Sequence record: PP359570 | Strand: one strand, 5' to 3' | Source of the DNA: Escherichia phage ALITA | DNA: 64,000 nucleotides | Shown: one piece after another, positions 62,552 to 64,000 of the stretch | How positions within the stretch are numbered: the stretch's first letter is position 1 | Layout of the letters: each line of letters opens with the position of its first letter | Notes under the pieces: generated by a model | Database searches by the model: none | Seen by the model: the letters and a program-made list of their open reading frames with translations, nothing else | What the model was told of the DNA's origin: nothing | Position numbers and translations under genes: made by a program

Positions 62552-62889
62552 TTCTTTTTGCTCCTTCTTTTAGGCTTCTCGTATAAACCTAACACAGCAG
62601 ACTCTTTTGCACAGATAGGAACTGACTTCATTCCTCGTTTTTTAGCTTCTGGTAGATTCAAAACCCACCAGCCAAACCAATACAATTCATCTTCTGTGAA
62701 AGGATCTGCCATAGGATCTGCATCACGTTCTTCAAATCTAGCAAGAGCTTCTTCTATCTTCTCTATTGGAGTATCAAAGACAAAAGCCTCTGTATCAAAT
62801 TTTTGTTTCTTAGGAGCGGCTTTTGCCGCCCCATCTTTAGATGCGTGCTTTGTTACGGATCGCTTCTTCGGTGTTTTCGCCATCAACAA
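62548..62889 (-). CDS. hypothetical protein with basic N- and C-termini (113 aa)
   Basis: K/R-rich ends (MLMAKTPKKRSVTKHASKDGAAKAAPKKQK, KPKRRSKKK). Confidence 0.45.
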   Translation of the reverse strand: MLMAKTPKKRSVTKHASKDGAAKAAPKKQKFDTEAFVFDTPIEKIEEALARFEERDADPMADPFTEDELYWFGWWVLNLPEAKKRGMKSVPICAKESAVLGLYEKPKRRSKKK

Positions 62890-63076
62890 CCTCCATACGG
62901 TGTAAGAAATCTTGCTGGAATCGCCAATACTGTTGACCAGTCCTTACATCTTCGTAGATCACAACAGGATCAAATACTTTAGATACACCCGCTGGTTTAG
63001 GAAAGCCAACTACACGATATAAACCACCTTTACTAATACAAGAATATGTTACATCAGTTAAAATTTCTTTTTTCAT
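62837..63076 (-). CDS. hypothetical protein (79 aa)
   Basis: ORF-track ORF; overlaps neighbour, start uncertain. Confidence 0.35.
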   Translation of the reverse strand: MKKEILTDVTYSCISKGGLYRVVGFPKPAGVSKVFDPVVIYEDVRTGQQYWRFQQDFLHRMEVVDGENTEEAIRNKARI

Positions 63077-63270
63077 TTTTTAATAAACTCCAAAACAGGT
63101 ACGTGATCAGCAGTCAAAGTTACACAATTGTAACTTACCTTTTCAACTTCAGAGAATGCTTCAACCCAAAGCAAGAAATTCTCTTTAGCTTCTTCATAAT
63201 TCAATGTTGACTTAACAACATGGAACTCACCAAGAATTACTCTATAGATTGTTTGCATAGTTTGATTCAT
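63073..63270 (-). CDS. hypothetical protein (65 aa)
   Basis: ORF-track ORF. Confidence 0.4.
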   Translation of the reverse strand: MNQTMQTIYRVILGEFHVVKSTLNYEEAKENFLLWVEAFSEVEKVSYNCVTLTADHVPVLEFIKK

Positions 63271-63336
63271 TTATTTTTCCTTTGTTTAAAATGTGTTAAA
63301 CAATCGCAAATGCTCGTGACGCACTTTGTGATCCCA

Positions 63337-63705
63337 CTAATTAACGTCAGCACTATGATTGTTGAGAGTATAGGATACTCCATCGCCCAAGTCAACATGA
63401 ATCTCAACTCCTAACTGTCTTTCTAATGGTAAACGTTTTGAGAATTGATAATTACAAAGTTTGCAATCTAAGTCAAGCAACTCATGTTTGCTTAAACCTG
63501 GGATGATAACTTTGCTTCCCACTGTCCACTCAATACCTTCAAAGTTATCTCTTCTTTTCAAAATGTCAAGTAAGAAGATGATTTGTTGCCATTCCGTAGA
63601 CAAGTCTTCTTCATAGAACGCAGAACAAAAAGTTTTATCATCGTAGAAAGCATACATTATGCCTCCATCTACTGTTTCACTTCTAACGTAACGTGTGACC
63701 CTCAT
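63337..63705 (-). CDS. hypothetical protein (122 aa), first gene of - strand block
   Basis: ORF-track ORF; acaggaggg SD; upstream intergenic region carries GTAACGAG / CTCGTTAC inverted repeats. Confidence 0.5.
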   Translation of the reverse strand: MRVTRYVRSETVDGGIMYAFYDDKTFCSAFYEEDLSTEWQQIIFLLDILKRRDNFEGIEWTVGSKVIIPGLSKHELLDLDCKLCNYQFSKRLPLERQLGVEIHVDLGDGVSYTLNNHSADVN

Positions 63706-64000
63706 TATTCCCTCCTGTATAGCTCTGTAACGAGCTAATGGCCTTTAAGATATGCAATCACCTTACCTCACAGTAAAACTCGTTACAATCGTTTTTAGGA
63801 GGTTTAGGTTGTACTTAAAAATAATCTAAAAAGGTGTTGACAAACGCAAAAAAGTATGCTACCCTAACCCCCGAAAAACGCCGAGCGCAGCGAGGGGGTG
63901 TTATCTAATCTTGTGATACATGATCTAACAGACAACTGAGTAGTCTACATATAGCACTATGTTATGTCTATAATACTAACATACATACTCTATACTAACA

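Noticed and set aside
63836-63900. + strand promoter with downstream hairpin at the window edge
   Set aside because: TTGACA is present but no convincing -10 at the right spacing and the downstream gene lies outside the window.

Overview
The window reads as a hyperplastic region of a large virulent T4-type (Tevenvirinae-like) phage. Evidence: T4-lysozyme-like e, T4-like tk, nrdA/nrdB, nrdC-like glutaredoxin, Rnl1-like RNA ligase, small ATP-dependent DNA ligase, homing-endonuclease-like genes, no structural genes, no tRNA genes found. Layout: (A) 1-4.9 kb, + strand: small early ORFs, an AAA+ ATPase, a Zn-ribbon-repeat GIY-YIG/T5orf172-like nuclease and a NADAR protein. (B) 4.9-6.3 kb, non-coding: ~68-bp tandem repeats, a cluster of Fur-box-like motifs and a G+C-rich island. 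(C) 6.3-16 kb, + strand: about 18 single-gene cassettes, each with a near-consensus sigma70 promoter, a GC-rich stem-loop at the transcript 5' end, a Shine-Dalgarno and a small ORF of unknown function (PeSL-like). (D) 16-17.6 kb: AT-rich, highly structured non-coding DNA with more Fur-box-like motifs. (E) 17.6-28.1 kb, + strand: tightly packed small ORFs including paralogous families, one split by an A10 tract. (F) 28.3-63.7 kb, - strand: Sir2-like protein, C5- and N6-DNA methyltransferases, serine recombinase, PPP phosphatase, HslV-like peptidase, PhoH, lysozyme, a complete rmlBACD dTDP-L-rhamnose operon, nrdAB, ThyX-like, deoxyribonucleotidase, tk, HNH endonuclease, exonucleases, DNA ligase and a kinase/RNA-ligase/phosphoesterase RNA-repair cassette. 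Best candidates for something undescribed: the PeSL array flanked by Fur-box-like clusters, the Sir2-centred cluster, the split RNA-repair operon and the rml operon. All functional calls rest on motif recognition by eye; no database search was run. Coordinates not taken from the ORF track are by codon counting or approximate (+/-2 nt).
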